From NCBI RefSeq assembly GCF_022045235.1, contig NW_027266341.1, forward strand, positions 21,638,001-21,702,000: 64,000 nt of DNA. The letters run 5' to 3'. Origin of the DNA: Haliotis cracherodii (Eukaryota). The position numbers and the translations under genes were made by a program. Below the pieces are notes generated by a model that had not been told where the DNA came from, ran no database searches, and saw nothing but the letters and a program-made list of their open reading frames with translations. Positions 60,410 to 64,000 of this stretch are shown here, one piece after another; position 1 is the stretch's first letter, and every line of letters begins with the position of its first letter.

Positions 60410-62350
60410 CATCCCAACTTTCTGTTCCCCACCCCTACTCCATCTTCCTTCCTGTCCCCACTACCCCAATCTTCCCTCCTGTTCCCCACACCTACCCCAT
60501 CTTTATTCCTGTCCCCCCCCTCCTACCCCATCTTCCCTCCTGTTCCCCACACCTACCCAATCTCCCCTCCTGTTCCCCACACTGACCCAATCTTCCCTCC
60601 TGTCCCCACTACCCCAATCTCCCCTCCTGTTCCCCACACCTACCCAATCTCCCCTCCTGTTCCCCACACTGACCCAATCTTCCCTCCTGTCCCCCCCCCC
60701 CCCCCACCTACCCCACCTTCCTCCTGTTCCCCACACCGACCCCATCTTCCCTCCTGTTCCCCACACCGACCCCATGTTCCCCACACGACCCTATCTCCCC
60801 TCCTGTTCCCCACACCGACCCAATCTTCCCTCCTGTTCCCCACACCGACCCTATCTCCCCTCTTGTTCCCCACACCGACCCAATCTTCCCTCCTGTTCCC
60901 CACACCGACCATATCTCCCCTCCTGTTCCCCACACCGACCCCATCTTTCCTCCTGTTCCCCACCCCGACCCCATCTTCCCTCCTGTTCCCCACACCGACC
61001 CCATCTTCCCTCCTGTTCCCCACACCGACCCCATCTTTCCTCCTGTTCCCCACCCCGACCCCATCTTCCCTCCTGTTCCCCACACCGACCCCATCTGCCC
61101 TCCTGTTCCCCACACAGACCCCATCTTCCCTCCTGTTCCCCACACCGATCCAATCTTCCCTCCTGTTCCCAACACCAACCCTATCTCCCCTCCTGTTCCC
61201 CACACCGACCCCATCTTCCCTCCTGTTCCCCACACCGACCCCATCTCCCCTCCTGTTCCCCACACCGACCCAATCTTCCCTCCTGTTCCCCACACCGACC
61301 CTATCTCCCCTCCTGTTCCCCACACCGACCCTATCTTCCCTCCTGTTCCCCACACCGACCCCATCTTCCCTCCTGTTCCCCACACCGACCCAATCTTCCC
61401 TCCTGTTCCCCACACCGACCCCATCTCCCCTCCTGTTCCCCACACCGACCCAATCTTCCCTCCTGTTCCCCACACCGACCCTATCTTCCCTCCTGTTCCC
61501 CACACCGACCCTATCTCCCCTCCTGTTCCCCACACCGACCCTATCTTTCCTCCTGTTCCCCACACCGACCCCATCTTCCCTCCTGTTCCCCACCCGACCC
61601 AATCTTCCCTCCTGTTCCCCACACCGACCCCATCTTCCCTCCTGTTCCCCACTCCGACCCTACCTCCCCTTCTGTTCCCCACACCGACCCAATCTTCCCT
61701 CCTGTTCCCCACACCAACCCCATCTTCCCTCCTGTTCCCCACACCAACCCTATCTTCCCTCCTGTTCCCCACACCGACCCAATCTTCCCTCCTGTTCCCC
61801 ACACCGACCCCATCTCCCCTCCTGTTCCCCACACCGACCCAATCTTCCCTCCTGTTCCCCACACCGACCCAATCTCCCCTCCTGTTCCCCACACCGACCC
61901 CATCTTCCCTCCTGTTCCCCACACCGACCCTATCTTCCCTCCTGTTCCCCACACCGACCCTATCTTCCCTCCTGTTCCCCACACCGACCCCATCTTCCCT
62001 CCTGTTCCCCACTCCGACCCCATCTTCCCTCCTGTTCCCCACACCGACCCATCTTCCCTCCTGTTCCCCACTCCTACCCCCATCTTTCCTCCTGTTCACC
62101 ACACCGACCCCATCTTCCCTCCTGTTCCCCACACCGACCCCATCTTCCCTCCTGTTCCCCACACCGACCCCATCGTTCCTCCTGTTCCCCACACCGACCC
62201 AATCTTCCCTCCTGTTCCCCACCCGACCCCATCTTCCCTCCTGTTCCCCACACCGACCCCATCTTCCCTCCTGTTCCCCACACCAACCCCATCTTCCCTC
62301 CTGTTCCCCACACCGACCCCATCTTCCCTCCTGTTCCCAACACCCATCCA
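60410..62350. repeat. 30-bp C-rich minisatellite, about 60 copies
   Basis: Unit CACACCGACCCCATCTTCCCTCCTGTTCCC; source of the 842/597/573-aa ORFs. Confidence 0.97.
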
Positions 62351-62888
62351 ATCTTCCTCCTTCTCCTTCTCCCCATCTGCACCCATCTTTCCTCCTATCC
62401 CCCTGCGTGCCCTCCCAGTCTCCCCCATACCTCTCCATCTCCCTCAACTCACGCTCTCTTCCTTCATAAAGCCAAAAGGGGGCGAGCAGCTCTGAGATCA
62501 ATCAAAAGGCCTGATAAGAAGACAAGGAGAATTACTAGGTATTACAAATTAGTTGAGTTATCTGGACACGCTGACAAGGTCAGACAGTAGGGTGATACAG
62601 TACGTATGTGCAGCCAGACTGGAGGTGGGGAACACACAAGAGGTGGGCCTATACATGAATTAAACAACACCTCTCAGGCAGCCATTGCACATTAGTACTG
62701 GAATAGTGGTTAACTTGTCAGTCCTGGTCTGAATGGGCTTATTCTCACATCTGGAGATGTCCGATAATGGATTATGAATAAAGCATGGGGCACCATCTGC
62801 GTTTAATCCAAATAATCTGCAGCCCATTTTGACCATGCAACAGTTTATGTTATGTATGGATGGTAAGGTGACAATAACTTGATTTTAA

Positions 62889-63540
62889 AGGGCAAGTTCT
62901 TACGGAAATGAACCATTTTTTCTTGTACTTTTTCCACATTAAAAGTGTTAACATAGAAGTGTCATAGACAAAAATATAAAAACATCATATTTAATTAACA
63001 TATTTTTTTGCACTAAAACGATTTATATTTTTCACATTTACCAAGTGTTCTATTTCCATAACAAAAACACCATGGCTTATGCCCCTTTCAATATGACGTC
63101 ATTGGTGCCAATTGATAAACATTATGACGTCATCATGCTTTGTTAGAGCCGCTTCACGTGGTGTAGGTACAGTTATGTGATTCTAGCATCTCAGATGCCA
63201 GCCAGAATTGTGTTATGCTGAGTCACCCTGCGCCCGAGTGTGTCGTAGACCATGTTGTTTTACCGCAAACTGGTCCTTGATATCTTTTGCGTTGAGAATA
63301 GACAGGGACCCAGTTGAATTGGCACCAATTACGTCATAATCTAAGGGGGATAACTCAGGCCTATTTCGCTCGTAAAACGAAGGCCTCATAACGGCATATC
63401 ACTTTCACACTATTGTGAGCTTCCTACTTTCACTGTGAAAAAAATGAGTGTATATTTTCAAACACAGATACTAACTAATTCTAAAATTGCGTTTTGTTTA
63501 GAAAAAGAAAGAAAGTGATTTTTGCGTGTACACTTCCCCT
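62889..63540. mobile_element. Kolobok-like non-autonomous DNA transposon
   Basis: TTAA | AGGGCAAGT ... ACTTCCCCT | TTAA. Confidence 0.75.
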
Positions 63541-64000
63541 TTAACCACTGGTTTAAAGGGGCCAGTTTCGTTTACACCAAAGACGTTTCTAATATAGCTG
63601 TACTATTGTTGGTTGACTAACATATTATCTCCAAAACAGTTTTGTGTGAAAGATTAATTAAAAATAACTCCATAGGAATTTTTAAGTCTTGTTTGTTTGT
63701 TTGTTGTTGAACGCCCCACTCAGCAATATGCCGATGGTCTGGGTCAAGTCAAACTTCAAGAACAGAAAGGTGATGAGAGAAGGCTACTAGAGCTGTGAAA
63801 GGAATGAGAATCAAAAATGGGTGACTGCTTTACCAAAGAAAATACTCTAAGGGCCGTAAAGACTGTTTCCATCAGGAGATCCCAGTCACTTACTGGCTGT
63901 TTAAAAACTGCTGAAAATATTGTTTGACCATTCACACAACAACTATTTACAATTGTTTTTCCATTAACATGAGTGGGGGGAATTTGTGACATGTTCATTG

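Larger units (their letters stand above)
20643..64000 (+). other. NAXD: NAXD intron downstream of the exon (>=43 kb, 3' end probably outside the window)
   Basis: Starts GTAAGA; expected terminal exon (…GRS.TT.DMI…) not recognised by eye. Confidence 0.6.

Noticed and set aside
60062-62590. 842-, 597- and 573-aa ORFs resembling extensin or mucin
   Set aside because: Artefacts of the 30-bp minisatellite; the repeat register shifts freely and one ORF crosses an N gap.

Overview
AT-rich eukaryotic genomic DNA. The SINE families and (ACTC)n tails suggest a mollusc, probably a gastropod such as abalone (inference). The only protein-coding sequence I can support is one 121-bp internal exon of NAXD/CARKD (ATP-dependent (S)-NAD(P)H-hydrate dehydratase) at 20522-20642 (+), which is absent from the ORF track. 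I found no other NAXD exon, so the flanking introns appear to be >=20.5 kb and >=43 kb. They contain many copies of four SINE families, several MITE/non-autonomous DNA transposons with clear TIRs/TSDs, mariner and LINE fossils, and five tandem arrays that explain all the long ORFs. The most striking signal is in the non-repeat DNA between the transposons. From the first to the last kilobase it forms dozens of mutually unrelated 60-350 nt segments. These fold by eye into nested multi-branch helices of 7-14 bp, with many G-U pairs that work only on the + (NAXD sense) strand. This suggests a very large structured intronic RNA, or an archipelago of RNA domains, hosted in NAXD. Folding was done by eye without energy or covariation calculations, so this remains a hypothesis.
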